From contig JAOZFT010000004.1 of assembly GCA_027492035.1 (NCBI GenBank), forward strand, positions 128,001 through 192,000: DNA of 64,000 bases. The letters are read 5' to 3'. The notes beneath the pieces were generated by a model. It worked only from the letters and a program-made list of their open reading frames with translations. It had not been told where the DNA came from and searched no databases. This DNA is from Thermoproteota archaeon (lineage in GTDB: Archaea; Korarchaeota; JAOZGF01; JAOZFZ01). How positions within the stretch are numbered: the stretch's first letter is position 1; every line of letters starts with the position of its first letter. A program made the position numbers and the translations under genes. This document shows positions 10,106 to 19,780 of the stretch, piece after piece.

Positions 10106-10587
10106 ATGGTCCTTAAAGGTCTGAGTTTAAAGATACAGGAAAAAGAATTTTATGCCCTTATGGGACCCAACGGTGCTGGAAAAACAACTTTAGTCGCTAT
10201 CATAGCCTCTGTGATTTTACCTACCGAGGGTAAGGTAGAAATTTATGGGAAGGAACCTCAGTTTATAAGGAAATTTATTGGTTATGTACCTCAAGAAAAT
10301 TTTTCTTCCCCAACGCTTAGTGGTAGAGAGAATTTGATGTACTTTGCTAGACTTGTGGGTATTCAAAGGATAAGGCTAAGGAACTTGTGAACGAAATACT
10401 GGAAAAAAAATTGGTTTGTCTAAGGATGCTGATAAGAGAGTTTCTACATATTCGGAGGTATGAGAAAAAGGTTGGAAGTTGCAACAGCCTTCTTTCCTAA
10501 TATCAAATTTTGATTTTAAGTGAACCAACTACAGGCCTGGACCCCTCGGCAAGAAGAGAATTTTTGGGCTTAATTCAAGATATTCCC
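10106..10587 (+). pseudogene. ABC transporter ATP-binding protein, frameshifted and truncated
   Basis: Walker A GPNGAGKTT in ORF 10106-10390. The sequence continues in other frames as ...ADKRVSTYS/GMRKRLEVA...EPTTGLDPSARREF, with frameshifts and an in-frame stop. Confidence 0.8.
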
Positions 10588-11218
10588 TAAATAAATTTGT
10601 AGTCTGCTCAGGGATGAATGCAAAATATTGATTCCTAGTTTTACTTAAACTCCTTCTAACAACGAGTATCGTCGGTACCTTCTCAAACTCGATGCTGTCA
10701 GCCTTTATCTCAGCTTTAAGAAAATCTCTAAGCTTCAACACATCAGTTCCATCATAGCTTCCTAAGCTCTGAAGCCTTAAACCGAAAAAGCCATCAACGC
10801 TATAGTAATCCTAGCTCTGGGTATAGCCATCCTAATAATCTTATCCAACTCAGCTTTACCTGGAACCCTTTCGTCAGCTATAGTTTGGTGTCTCGTATTA
10901 CTTTAGCAATATTAACCTTAAGCTTGACATCCAATCCGTTAAAAGAAAGCCAGGAACATAGGGCTTTCTTAAACCTAGCTACATATGAACCAGCCTTACC
11001 TTCCGATTCAAGCTCTCTAACGAAATCCATAAACCTATCTCTAAAGAACTTAGTCCCAGCTACCTTAAGCAAAGCCTCAGGATCAGTTTTATTCGATTCA
11101 CAGTAAAGCCCTAGGTCCTAAGGCAAACTGTAGCTGTAATGATGGATTTAGCTGCTAGGTTACCAAACCCACGCTTAACATCCTCATCCTCAAGGAGGTA
11201 AGAATACTTATTCGGCAA
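10529..11218 (-). pseudogene. Site-specific (tyrosine) integrase remnant
   Basis: Fragments MPNKYSYLLEDEDVKR..., ...RDRFMDFVRELESEGKAGSYVARFKKAL..., LKLRDF...PTILVVRRSLSKTRNQYFAF resemble archaeal tyrosine recombinases. Several frameshifts; C-terminal catalytic region absent; lies just 3' of tRNA-Lys. Confidence 0.7.
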
Positions 11219-11284
11219 CTCTTGTTGAGTTGAGTTAAAGGTTGAAACCGTGTTTAAAATTTAAGGGTTCACTTGAAAAGTTAG

Positions 11285-11409
11285 TGGGCCCGGCGGGATT
11301 TGAACCCGCGACCCTCGGGTTGCTCCTCCAAAGGGGAGTACTTCTTTGGGATTAAGAGCCCGGTGCTTTAGGCAAATGAGAGGTTTCTACCTTGCTGAGC
11401 TACGGGCCC
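11285..11409 (-). tRNA. tRNA-Lys(CTT) with two introns (19 nt at 22/23; 32 nt at 37/38)
   Basis: Reverse complement GGGCCCGTAGCTCAGCAAGGTAG^...^AGCACCGGGCTCTTA^...^ACCCGAGGGTCGCGGGTTCAAATCCCGCCGGGCCCA. BHB helices AGGT/GCCT and CTCT/GGAG; spliced length 74 nt. Confidence 0.9.
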
Positions 11410-11462
11410 AGAGATTAAATGTTAAAGGGGTGATTATTAAACCTTTTTAAGGGATTTTTTAT

Positions 11463-12071
11463 TTAAATGTTGCATTCTTTTTGAGTGGAAACTTCAACTG
11501 TAACTATAACTTTTCCTCCTTTCTTGATTTCGTTAATTAGTGCCCTGTTGAAGTCTATAGCTGCTTTATCAGCTAGAATTGCCAGTGTTCTTGAACAAAT
11601 GAATTTGCTTTTCCTTACAACCATATCTTCGTGATGGTTTAGAGGGAGATCGGGGTGTCCATGAGCTTTAATTATTTCTGTTTTGTTTCCAGCTTTCACT
11701 TTTATCTCTATTAACGCATTCTCCTTTCTAATTAAGTCCTTAACTTTTTCATTGAAATGTTTTAAGGCTTTGTTACAGTTAACAGCTATTATGCAGTTCC
11801 CTTTTTCTGTTAGGTAAGGTGCGCAAGTTAGTTCAAATGTTGTTTTATGAGTAGCTGTGACTAGGGGGTGTCCCTTACAAATTATTGTAACTTTTTCTTT
11901 CATCTCTTTACTCCATTCCCTTCTTTTTGAAGAAAGTTTTGTATGCCGATTTTGAAAGGAAGCAATTGTTTCATGAGTCGACAGCTTATTCCTAAAAAAT
12001 TTTGTATTTCCTATTTTTATCTCTTTCTTTCCCCTTTTCTGTTTTGGATTTCCTAAACAATTTTTTAACAA
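11463..12071 (-). CDS. DUF371 domain protein (start may be ATG at 11903)
   Basis: GHPLVTATHKTTFELT, GNCIIAV, MVVRKSKF motifs. Confidence 0.85.
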   Translation of the reverse strand: MLKNCLGNPKQKRGKKEIKIGNTKFFRNKLSTHETIASFQNRHTKLSSKRREWSKEMKEKVTIICKGHPLVTATHKTTFELTCAPYLTEKGNCIIAVNCNKALKHFNEKVKDLIRKENALIEIKVKAGNKTEIIKAHGHPDLPLNHHEDMVVRKSKFICSRTLAILADKAAIDFNRALINEIKKGGKVIVTVEVSTQKECNI

Positions 12072-12130
12072 AGGGTCACCTATCTAAAATATAGATGAAG
12101 GAGATTGTAAGGAAGAGTTAGGGGAAGGAT

Positions 12131-12808
12131 GTGGCTGATTTAGTAGTTGAGAAAGAGAAACTTATCAAGTATTACGTTAGGACAGGAATCTTAAAATCAA
12201 GTAAAGTAATTGAAGCTTTCAGGAAAATACCTAGGGAAGAATTTGTTCTTCCAGAGTATTTTGATGCAGCTTACCAGGATACCCCCTTACCTATAGGATT
12301 CGGGCAAACAATCAGTGCGCCCCATATGGTTTGCATGTACGCTGAAATACTGTCATTAAAGCCGGGATTGAAGGTTTTGGAGGTGGGGGCTGGATCTGGA
12401 TATAACGCAGCCATTTTTGCAGAGCTAGTGGCAAGTTTAGATGTTCCTAAGTCGGAATGGGGGCATGTGTATACATTAGAAATAATTCCGGAACTTTGTG
12501 AATTTGCAAGAAGTAACTTAGCTAAAACAGGTTTCATTGACAGGGTGACTGTGATCTGCCAAGATGGAAGTTTAGGTTTGGCGGAGTACGCACCCTTTGA
12601 TCGAATATCAGTGGCTGCAGCAGCCCCTGACATTCCTACACCTTTAATTGACCAGTTAAGGGAGGGAGGGTTAATATTGATACCTGTCGGGTCATCCTTC
12701 TATCAAAAACTTGTTTTGGGGCATAAGGTTGGGGGGAAATTAATTAGAGAAGAAGTAGCGTCTGTTGCTTTTGTAGCTTTAAGGGGAAGGTATGGTTGGA
12801 AAGAGTGA
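12131..12808 (+). CDS. pcm: Protein-L-isoaspartate O-methyltransferase
   Basis: PLPIGFGQTISAPHM, VLEVGAGSGY, APFDRI. Confidence 0.95.
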   Translation: MADLVVEKEKLIKYYVRTGILKSSKVIEAFRKIPREEFVLPEYFDAAYQDTPLPIGFGQTISAPHMVCMYAEILSLKPGLKVLEVGAGSGYNAAIFAELVASLDVPKSEWGHVYTLEIIPELCEFARSNLAKTGFIDRVTVICQDGSLGLAEYAPFDRISVAAAAPDIPTPLIDQLREGGLILIPVGSSFYQKLVLGHKVGGKLIREEVASVAFVALRGRYGWKE

Positions 12809-12819
12809 ATTCACTTCCA

Positions 12820-13020
12820 GCTTTTTATAGAGGTTCCCTGCCCCAGTCAGAATTGACCTTCTTCCGTTGGGAGTGAAGGTTTCAGTGAGTGAAACCTTTT
12901 CCCTGAAACTCATGTAGAGGAGGTTACAAAAACATGATTTTTCAGCAGGTATAACTTAAGCCTGTCCTTCAGCCCTACACAAGTTCATAGGCAAGCGGAG
13001 AAAATGTATAAAAGGAGCTT
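12820..13020. ncRNA. Candidate structured non-coding element between convergent pcm and fen
   Basis: Dense hairpins (gtca-gaat-tgac; ccttcttcc...gggagtgaagg; aaggtttca...tgaaacctt; ctgaaactcatgt...acatgatttttcag; cagg...cctg) and no long ORF. Confidence 0.3.
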
Positions 13021-13033
13021 CTTCATGACAGAG

Positions 13034-14077
13034 CTAAAACCATTTCTCTAAACCGGTAACTGCGAAGTACTTATTGTAAGATTCAACTAGCCTGTTTAAG
13101 GCTTTCTGGACACGTGAAAGTGAAAAGTCGTGTTTTCTACAGAGGAACTCAATTATTTCTTCAGTTTGAGGCTTCTCCCAACTTATTTTGTAGTTGTCTG
13201 TGACTAATGGTTTTTGGAAAACTTCCATTATTTCCTGTAAGTTCTCAGGAGGCTTCTCCCCCTTCTCCTCATAAATTTTGTTTAAGTCCCCACCGTATTT
13301 TTTAAGTAATTTAACTGCTGTCTTTGCACCACAACCTTTAAGCCCCTTATTAAAGTCTGTCCCGACCAATATCCCACATAGGATTAGTTCATTTAATGTT
13401 AAACTGTTTTTATCAATTAATTCATCTAGAAAAATTATTTCAGGCTGAATTTGAATATATTGTTTTTTCCCCGGCAGTTTACGTCTGCCACTTATCGTTA
13501 AATTTCTTACAAGTCGGGGTGCACCGAAGAGTAAGGCGTCATAATCCTGTGAAGCTACAGCCCAGCAATCGCCTTTCTTTGCCATGTATGCTGCTTGTGC
13601 TTCGCCTTCTTGTGGTGATTTTATATAAGGGATGCCCATGTACCCCAAAAGGGTACATGCACCTTCTACTAACTCGTCTGTGAGTCTTGATGATGCTTGA
13701 GCATATTTACGGGCCAGTTCTAGGTCGCCTATTTCTAACGCCCTTTTCCACAATGTTTCAGCTGATTCTCGACTTTCTTTCCTTCTTTCAAGCTCTTTCT
13801 TCTTAAGTTTAGGTGGAACGCCGTCGAAGACATAGATTGGTTTTATTCCGTTCTCATACAGGTTGATTGTCCTATAGAATAAACCAGAAAGGTGGCTAGT
13901 TACTTTTCCTGTGTGATCCTTTAAGGGGGTTCCGTCAGGTTGCCTTATAATGGCTAGAAATTGGTAAAGAGTATTTGCTGAATCTATACATATTTTTTTG
14001 CCGTTTAAATCCCCAAAAGATATAGGTTTAGGATGTGTTATTCCCCTTAATTTAACCCCCATTTCTTTAGTTTTCAC
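13034..14077 (-). CDS. fen: Flap endonuclease-1
   Basis: MGVKL, YQFLAIIRQPDGTPL, EGEAQAAY, SQDYDALLFG, LVGTDFN. Confidence 0.96.
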   Translation of the reverse strand: MKTKEMGVKLRGITHPKPISFGDLNGKKICIDSANTLYQFLAIIRQPDGTPLKDHTGKVTSHLSGLFYRTINLYENGIKPIYVFDGVPPKLKKKELERRKESRESAETLWKRALEIGDLELARKYAQASSRLTDELVEGACTLLGYMGIPYIKSPQEGEAQAAYMAKKGDCWAVASQDYDALLFGAPRLVRNLTISGRRKLPGKKQYIQIQPEIIFLDELIDKNSLTLNELILCGILVGTDFNKGLKGCGAKTAVKLLKKYGGDLNKIYEEKGEKPPENLQEIMEVFQKPLVTDNYKISWEKPQTEEIIEFLCRKHDFSLSRVQKALNRLVESYNKYFAVTGLEKWF

Positions 14078-14099
14078 CCTCCTAATAAAAATAAGCTTA

Positions 14100-14321
14100 C
14101 TAAATCAGTTCAACTTTACGTTGTTTTTTATTTATCTGAACAAAAGTTATTTTTCGTTTCGTTTCTAGTTCTAAAAGAGTTTTTAAGACAGTGTGCTCCG
14201 AAACGTCAGGGTAATATTGCCTTACATAGTTTAGAAGTTTATCTAAAAGAACTACCCTGTTTTTTTCTAAAAACTCAAGTATAACATTTCTTAGAGGAAT
14301 CGGTCTCCAAATCATTTCCAA
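14100..14321 (-). CDS. Small winged-helix protein
   Basis: 73 aa, closely spaced between cdc48 and fen; wHTH-like pattern (VLKTLLELETKRKITF). Confidence 0.65.
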   Translation of the reverse strand: MEMIWRPIPLRNVILEFLEKNRVVLLDKLLNYVRQYYPDVSEHTVLKTLLELETKRKITFVQINKKQRKVELI

Positions 14322-14325
14322 ATCA

Positions 14326-16527
14326 TCACATAGTCTCTAAGGAAAACTTTTTTAATGAAGGCTTCCTAAAGTTTTTTTCAAAACTTTTGTACCAACTCGT
14401 CAATTCAGGGGATATGGAAGGAGAAACAAGAAGTAGTGCCTCCTCAAAATCTTGCATCCTAACCTTTACAGGTTGCATTTTGTTTTTCCTTAAAGCTATA
14501 AAGCCTGCCTCACGGCAAATAGATTTTATATCGGCACCTGAGTAACCTTGTGTTTTTTCAGCAAGTTTTTCTAAGTCAACATCATTTTTAAGTTTCATCT
14601 TTCTAGTGTAAATTTTGAATATTTCCACTCTTGAGTAGAAGTCAGGCTCGCCTACATATATTAATTTCTCCAGTCTACCTGGCCTAAATAAAGCAGGATC
14701 CACTAAATCTGGCCTGTTAGTGGCTGCTATGACTGTTACGTTTTTTAGTTCCTTAACTCCATCTATCTCAGTTAAAAGTTGACTTACTGCTCTTTCCATA
14801 GCATTATTTAATGAACCACTTCTCTTAGGGGCTATAGCATCTACCTCATCGAAGAAAACAATTGAAGGGGCAGCTAACTTTGCTTTACGGAAAATTTCAC
14901 GTACTGCCCTTTCAGTTTCACCCATCCACATGCTTATTATTTCTGGGCCGTTTATAGCTATGAAATTTGCCTCTGTTTCATTAGCTACAGCCTTAGCAAG
15001 TAAAGTTTTACCGCAACCAGGAGGACCATAAAGTAAAACACCACTAGGAGGCTCAATACCCATTTCTTCAATGACTTCTCGGTGTTTTAATGGCCATTCT
15101 ACAGCTTCTCTTAAGCTTGACTTAGCTTCATGTAATCCGCCGATGTCGCCCCATTTCACATCCGCTTTTTCGAGGATTATTTCCCTTAATGCACTTGGTT
15201 GAACTCTTTTTAAAGCTTTTTGGAAGTCGCAAGCCTTTATTTTTATCTCATCAAAGATTTCAGGTGAGAATTTCCCTTTTTCCGAATCTATTGTTGGTAT
15301 ATATCGTCTTAAGGCTATTATCGCAGCTTCTTTCGCAAGAGCAGATAAGTCAGCCCCTACAAATCCATGGGTTACTTCAGCTATTTCTTCAAGGTTCACA
15401 TCTTCGGCTAAGGGCATGTTTCGAGTATGTATTTTCAATATTTCCAGTCTTTCCTTTTTATCGGGAACTTTTATCTCTATTTCCCTATCTAATCTCCCAG
15501 GTCTTCTTAAGGCAGGTTCCAGTGCATTGGGTCGGTTAGTAGCTGCTATAACTATTACCTTCCCTCTTGTTGAAAGCCCGTCCATTAACGCTAAAAGTTG
15601 GGCCACTACCCTTCTCTCAACTTCACCTGTAACCTCTTCCCTTTTAGGGGCTATAGCATCTATTTCATCAATGAAAATGATTGAAGGAGACTTATTTTTT
15701 GCTTCATTAAATATTTTTCTAAGCCTGCGTTCTGATTCACCATAGAATTTGTTCATTATTTCTGGGCCGTTTATAGCTATGAAATTTGCCTCTGTTTCAT
15801 TAGCTACAGCCTTAGCAAGTAAAGTTTTACCGCAACCAGGAGGACCATAAAGTAAAACACCACTAGGAGGCTCAATACCAAGTTTTTGGAAAAGCTCCGG
15901 GTATTTTAAGGGAAGTTCAACCATTTCCCGGATTCTTTGGATTTCTTCTTTTAAACCACCAATGTCTTCGTAGGTCACATAGGGAATATTGCCGGTGGTT
16001 GAAACTGATTTTTCCCGAAGCACGATTGCAGTATTTGCTTCAACTACTACAATGCCTTTCGGCTTAGTATTTACTACCTTTAGGTTTAGGCTGTGATGAT
16101 AAAAGTTTACAGGTTTTAGGTCTCCTACAACTAAGGGAACTCCTATTAACTTCTTTTTAATATATTTAGTTATGTTTCCTGGTAATTTAGATTGGACAGG
16201 TGCTAAAATTATTTTTTCAGCTTTGCCAGGGTAAGCTTTCTCGACATATACCCTCTCTCCCAAACTGACATCTGCATTCCTCCTTGTTATGCCATCCATT
16301 CTAATTAAGCCTAGGTTTTCATCCTCCGGGTAGGCTCTCCAAACAATTGCTGCAGTGGTTTTTTTGCCTGTAATTTTCACTATGTCTCCAATGTTTAGGT
16401 TAAGTAAACGTCTGGTTGCAGAGTCTAACCTAACAGCTTCCTTACCTACGTCTTCTATCTTGGCATTAGCTACTTTCACAACAACTTTCACTGTTTTCAA
16501 AGGAATCCCTTTCAAAAAAATTAACAA
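14326..16527 (-). CDS. cdc48: CDC48/VCP family AAA+ ATPase
   Basis: N-domain plus two AAA modules ([19 protein letters not shown] twice, RPGRL); start possibly TTG near 16500. Confidence 0.96.
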   Translation of the reverse strand: MLIFLKGIPLKTVKVVVKVANAKIEDVGKEAVRLDSATRRLLNLNIGDIVKITGKKTTAAIVWRAYPEDENLGLIRMDGITRRNADVSLGERVYVEKAYPGKAEKIILAPVQSKLPGNITKYIKKKLIGVPLVVGDLKPVNFYHHSLNLKVVNTKPKGIVVVEANTAIVLREKSVSTTGNIPYVTYEDIGGLKEEIQRIREMVELPLKYPELFQKLGIEPPSGVLLYGPPGCGKTLLAKAVANETEANFIAINGPEIMNKFYGESERRLRKIFNEAKNKSPSIIFIDEIDAIAPKREEVTGEVERRVVAQLLALMDGLSTRGKVIVIAATNRPNALEPALRRPGRLDREIEIKVPDKKERLEILKIHTRNMPLAEDVNLEEIAEVTHGFVGADLSALAKEAAIIALRRYIPTIDSEKGKFSPEIFDEIKIKACDFQKALKRVQPSALREIILEKADVKWGDIGGLHEAKSSLREAVEWPLKHREVIEEMGIEPPSGVLLYGPPGCGKTLLAKAVANETEANFIAINGPEIISMWMGETERAVREIFRKAKLAAPSIVFFDEVDAIAPKRSGSLNNAMERAVSQLLTEIDGVKELKNVTVIAATNRPDLVDPALFRPGRLEKLIYVGEPDFYSRVEIFKIYTRKMKLKNDVDLEKLAEKTQGYSGADIKSICREAGFIALRKNKMQPVKVRMQDFEEALLLVSPSISPELTSWYKSFEKNFRKPSLKKFSLETM
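14936..15060. repeat. 125-bp perfect direct repeat, copy in cdc48 D2
   Basis: Identical to 15755-15879 (offset 819 nt = 273 codons). Confidence 0.9.
15755..15879. repeat. 125-bp perfect direct repeat, copy in cdc48 D1
   Basis: attatttctgggccgttt...ggaggctcaatacc, identical to 14936-15060. Confidence 0.9.
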
Positions 16528-16692
16528 GTTTGGGCAATATTTTCTTTAACTTTAAAATGAACAAGTCTTTTAAATGTTTTTCTGAAAAGGAGATATGAAA
16601 AGAAAGGAATTTTTACCTAGAATGAACTTTAAAGAGGTGAATAAACTGGGTTATTATTTAATCTTTCCACTTTTTTAAGGTGTTTGTTCAAT

Positions 16693-16959
16693 TTAAAGGG
16701 CTCTTGATACATTCTCTATATAAACTGAACTCACGTGGTCTATGGCAACAAGCCTTTCTTCGATTTTGTTCATTAGTTCATGTTTTTCTTCAACCAAAAG
16801 AATTAATTCAATTGTGTTGAGGCCAAAAGCTAATGGTTTAAACTGGATCTTGTTTATTACTCCTAGTTTAGAGGCCACTCCTTTAACTTCCTCCTTTAAT
16901 TTACCCATGTCAACTTCTGCAGAATCTGGTGTAACCCTTACTTTCACCAAAACAGACAT
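16693..16959 (-). CDS. ef1b: Translation elongation factor 1-beta
   Basis: 88 aa; VLVKVRVTPDSAEVD, KPLAFGL. Confidence 0.9.
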   Translation of the reverse strand: MSVLVKVRVTPDSAEVDMGKLKEEVKGVASKLGVINKIQFKPLAFGLNTIELILLVEEKHELMNKIEERLVAIDHVSSVYIENVSRAL

Positions 16960-16968
16960 TTTTTCACC

Positions 16969-17145
16969 TCAAGGACCTTCAAATCCACAGTTCGGACATT
17001 TATATTCATTGCCAAATTTTCTGCATACCTCACAACGGAAAATTTCAACTTTTTCACAATTGGGACATTTAAAGGAAACAGCACCTGTCCCTGCCACAAT
17101 TTTTTTCCCGCAACTGGTGCATACATGGAATAATTTGCTTTCCAT
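16969..17145 (-). CDS. Zn-ribbon protein (DUF1610 / HVO_2753-like) upstream of EF-1beta
   Basis: MESKLFHVCTSCGKKIVAGTGAVSFKCPNCEKVEIFRCEVCRKFGNEYKCPNCGFEGP; four CxxC motifs, C-terminal GFEGP, conserved position before ef1b. Confidence 0.9.
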   Translation of the reverse strand: MESKLFHVCTSCGKKIVAGTGAVSFKCPNCEKVEIFRCEVCRKFGNEYKCPNCGFEGP

Positions 17146-17150
17146 TTTTT

Positions 17151-18278
17151 TTAACCCCTGAGCAGTTTCCTCACTTCCTCTGAGACAGTAATTAGGTAAG
17201 TTTTACCAAGTCTCTCCTTCTTTAAAATGTTTCTCATAACAAGTTCAGAAATTACCCTACTTGTTGTGGGCTTTGTTAACCCTACAATTGAGGCCAGGTC
17301 ATCCTGCGTTATTTTTCCCTTTCTCATAACTGCTTTAAAAATTTCTCTTTCATCGTATGTTAAAAATGTATTTAAAAAGTTTTTGATCGGCTGAATTTTC
17401 TTTTGTTTCAGAAAGGAAGTAAGAAATACAAAGGCTATAAGTGCACCTATGGAAAGGCCTAAAAACAGTCTGTAATCTATAAATTCAGAAATTACTGTTA
17501 ATAAAGGTTCGAAGTTGGTTTTGTTTTCCGGAGAGACATAGGAACTGTTCATTGAAACAAGATACGTTTTTTTACCCAATTCTTCAACTTCCTTAAGTAC
17601 TTTATTGGATAAGTTTGTGTCAAGAATGTATATTTCCTTTACTTCAGTGAGATAGTTAAGAATTACTCTTACAGTGCTCTCAGGTAGTTCATCTTTTTTT
17701 ATGTAAAGGACAGGAGTCCCTTTCTCCATTGAAATAGATAATGCAGCAAAAGCAGCAGTTGGGTTATAACCATCAACCAAAACTACAGCTTTGGTTTTTT
17801 CTTTACTCCACAGCCTAGCTGCAACTTCAGCTGAAGTTTCAATCCTTGTTGTGCCCCAAATTCTTTCCACAGAAAACCCCATCTTTTTTAGCTCTAACTC
17901 GGTAGATTTAGGTATAGCTAACTCCTCTCCAAGAATTAAAATGTTCTTTCTTCCTATTAAACATAAACCTGAAAGTAAAGCTTTAGTTATTTCATCTATC
18001 CCCCCTTTTTTAGCCACCATCAAAACAGGAATATTTACTTCATTAGCATAAGATTCTGCAATAACCCAGTCAGCAGGAATGTCACCCCTGACAAGGATTG
18101 CTGAGTAACTACTTTCTTGGGCAAACATATTTAGGGTTGAAAAAAGGATAGGAATAAGAAGTAATGTAAGAAGGAAAGTTGTTTTTGGTATTTCCTTTTG
18201 GAACTTGTTAAGCACCCTAAGAACCTCCTCTCTTCTTAAAACTTTTTGGAAGACATAGGTGAAAAGGGAGAAATACAT
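17151..18278 (-). CDS. Membrane protein: signal/TM + cell-wall-binding-2-like repeats + TM + C-terminal winged HTH
   Basis: ILILGEELAI...VERIWGTTRIETSAEVA is CWB2-like; TM FLGLSIGALIAFVFL; LTYDEREIF...ITQDDLASIVGLTKPTTSRVISEL is an HTH. Likely GTG start at 18215 after GAGGAGG. Confidence 0.75.
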   Translation of the reverse strand: MYFSLFTYVFQKVLRREEVLRVLNKFQKEIPKTTFLLTLLLIPILFSTLNMFAQESSYSAILVRGDIPADWVIAESYANEVNIPVLMVAKKGGIDEITKALLSGLCLIGRKNILILGEELAIPKSTELELKKMGFSVERIWGTTRIETSAEVAARLWSKEKTKAVVLVDGYNPTAAFAALSISMEKGTPVLYIKKDELPESTVRVILNYLTEVKEIYILDTNLSNKVLKEVEELGKKTYLVSMNSSYVSPENKTNFEPLLTVISEFIDYRLFLGLSIGALIAFVFLTSFLKQKKIQPIKNFLNTFLTYDEREIFKAVMRKGKITQDDLASIVGLTKPTTSRVISELVMRNILKKERLGKTYLITVSEEVRKLLRG

Positions 18279-18367
18279 AGAATAAAAGATTTTAAAAAGA
18301 CAGTTTTAAAAGTATACCTTTTAAAGCCTTTCTTTTTCGTTTCAGAAATTTCTGGTTAGAAAATAAT

Positions 18368-18454
18368 GGGCCCGTGGCCTAACATGGATAAGGCGTCGGC
18401 CTGCGGTTTTTAGAAGAAAGCCGGAGGATGCGGGTTCAAATCCCGCCGGGCCCG
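18368..18454 (+). tRNA. tRNA-Arg(GCG) with 12-nt intron at 37/38
   Basis: GGGCCCGTGGCCTAACATGGATAAGGCGTCGGCCTGCGG^TTTTTAGAAGAA^AGCCGGAGGATGCGGGTTCAAATCCCGCCGGGCCCG. Confidence 0.92.
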
Positions 18455-18670
18455 TTTTTTACATACCTTGAACTAAGTTAAAGATGGATCTTGAAAAGTA
18501 AAGCGTGAAAAAAGGGAAAAATGAACCTTGCAAGTTACAGCTTTTAAAAAGATGAAAGTGCCAATTCTTTGAGGAGAATATTTCTAGAATTTTATTTTTA
18601 ATAACCTTTTAGAGCCTAAAATAGAAGAGAAATATGCGGTATTCGTAAAAAAGATGGTTGGTGATTTAGT

Positions 18671-19780
18671 CTGAAAGTACTTTTTCTAGGTAGTTATTTC
18701 CCTAAACCAGCAGGTGCAGAGGTTTACTGCTTTGAGTTAAATAGGGAATTTTTAAGCATGGGAATCAAAACAGAAGTAATAACTTACAGCTACGCTAAAG
18801 GTGTGTATGGCGAGAAAGTAACTAGGTTGAAAACTTTAAATTACCCTTTCCTGCGCGGTTTCTCATTTATCATGTCCAGTTTTTCACATTTATTAAGAAG
18901 AAAAGATTTAGAGGTGAGAGATGCCGTTGTTAATGCACATTTTGCTCTTACATCTGGTTTTTCAGCATCCCTAGCTAGGTTTTTTAGGGATTTCCCTCTA
19001 TTGACAACATGTCACGGCTCTGATATTTATTTAGCGAGGAACGACATTAAATACCGGCGAGTTATGTCATTAGCTTTTCAGAGAACGGATAAAGTGATTA
19101 CAGTAAGTAATTTCTTGAGGAAAGAAATAACAAAAATGAAATTAACTAAGAAGAAACCTTTAGTGATCCATGGAGGGGTTAATAGGGAAAGGTTCAATGA
19201 AAAGATTTCTAGGAAGGAATCTAAACATAGACTTAAGCTTAATTTAAATAGGGAATACTTGCTTTTTATAGGAGGCTCGAGAGAAATAAAGGGGCTGAAG
19301 TTTTTGTTAGAAGCCTTTAACAGAATTATTTACAAGTATCCGAAAATTGATCTTTTAATAGTGGGGAGGATAAGGAAAGACAAATTAGTAAAGAGTCACA
19401 AAGAGAGAATTAAGGTTTTAGGAGTGCAACCCTATGAAAACATGCCCTATGTTTTTCGAAGTTCAAAAGCATATATCTCTGCTTCTTTATTTGAAGGTTT
19501 CGGGTTATCTGTGTTAGAGGCTTTAGCTTCTGGAGTACCTGTAGTTTCAACAAAGGTTGGAGGAGTTATGGAAGTTACTGGAAGCAAAACTGCTCTACTT
19601 ATTCCCCCCAGAGATTCTGCGGCGATATACGACGCCTGTGACGAAATAATTTCAAATAAAGATTTAAGAAAAGAATTAATTGAGAAGGGTGTGGAGAGAT
19701 CTAAACAGTTCCCTTGGAGCAAAACAGCAAACGAAACTTTGAAGACAATGGAGGAAATATTGAGGGATGGAAGAAGTTAA
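18671..19780 (+). CDS. Glycosyltransferase family 4 (probable CTG start)
   Basis: EGFGLSVLEALASGVPVV motif. The frame extends upstream of ATG 18758 as (M)KVLFLGSYFPKPAGAEVY, a typical GT4 N-terminus, to CTG 18671 after a GGTGA RBS. Confidence 0.88.
   Translation: MKVLFLGSYFPKPAGAEVYCFELNREFLSMGIKTEVITYSYAKGVYGEKVTRLKTLNYPFLRGFSFIMSSFSHLLRRKDLEVRDAVVNAHFALTSGFSASLARFFRDFPLLTTCHGSDIYLARNDIKYRRVMSLAFQRTDKVITVSNFLRKEITKMKLTKKKPLVIHGGVNRERFNEKISRKESKHRLKLNLNREYLLFIGGSREIKGLKFLLEAFNRIIYKYPKIDLLIVGRIRKDKLVKSHKERIKVLGVQPYENMPYVFRSSKAYISASLFEGFGLSVLEALASGVPVVSTKVGGVMEVTGSKTALLIPPRDSAAIYDACDEIISNKDLRKELIEKGVERSKQFPWSKTANETLKTMEEILRDGRS

Noticed and set aside
16944-17126. 60-aa minus-strand ORF in the track
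   Set aside because: Wrong frame; the real gene is the Zn-ribbon protein at 16969-17145
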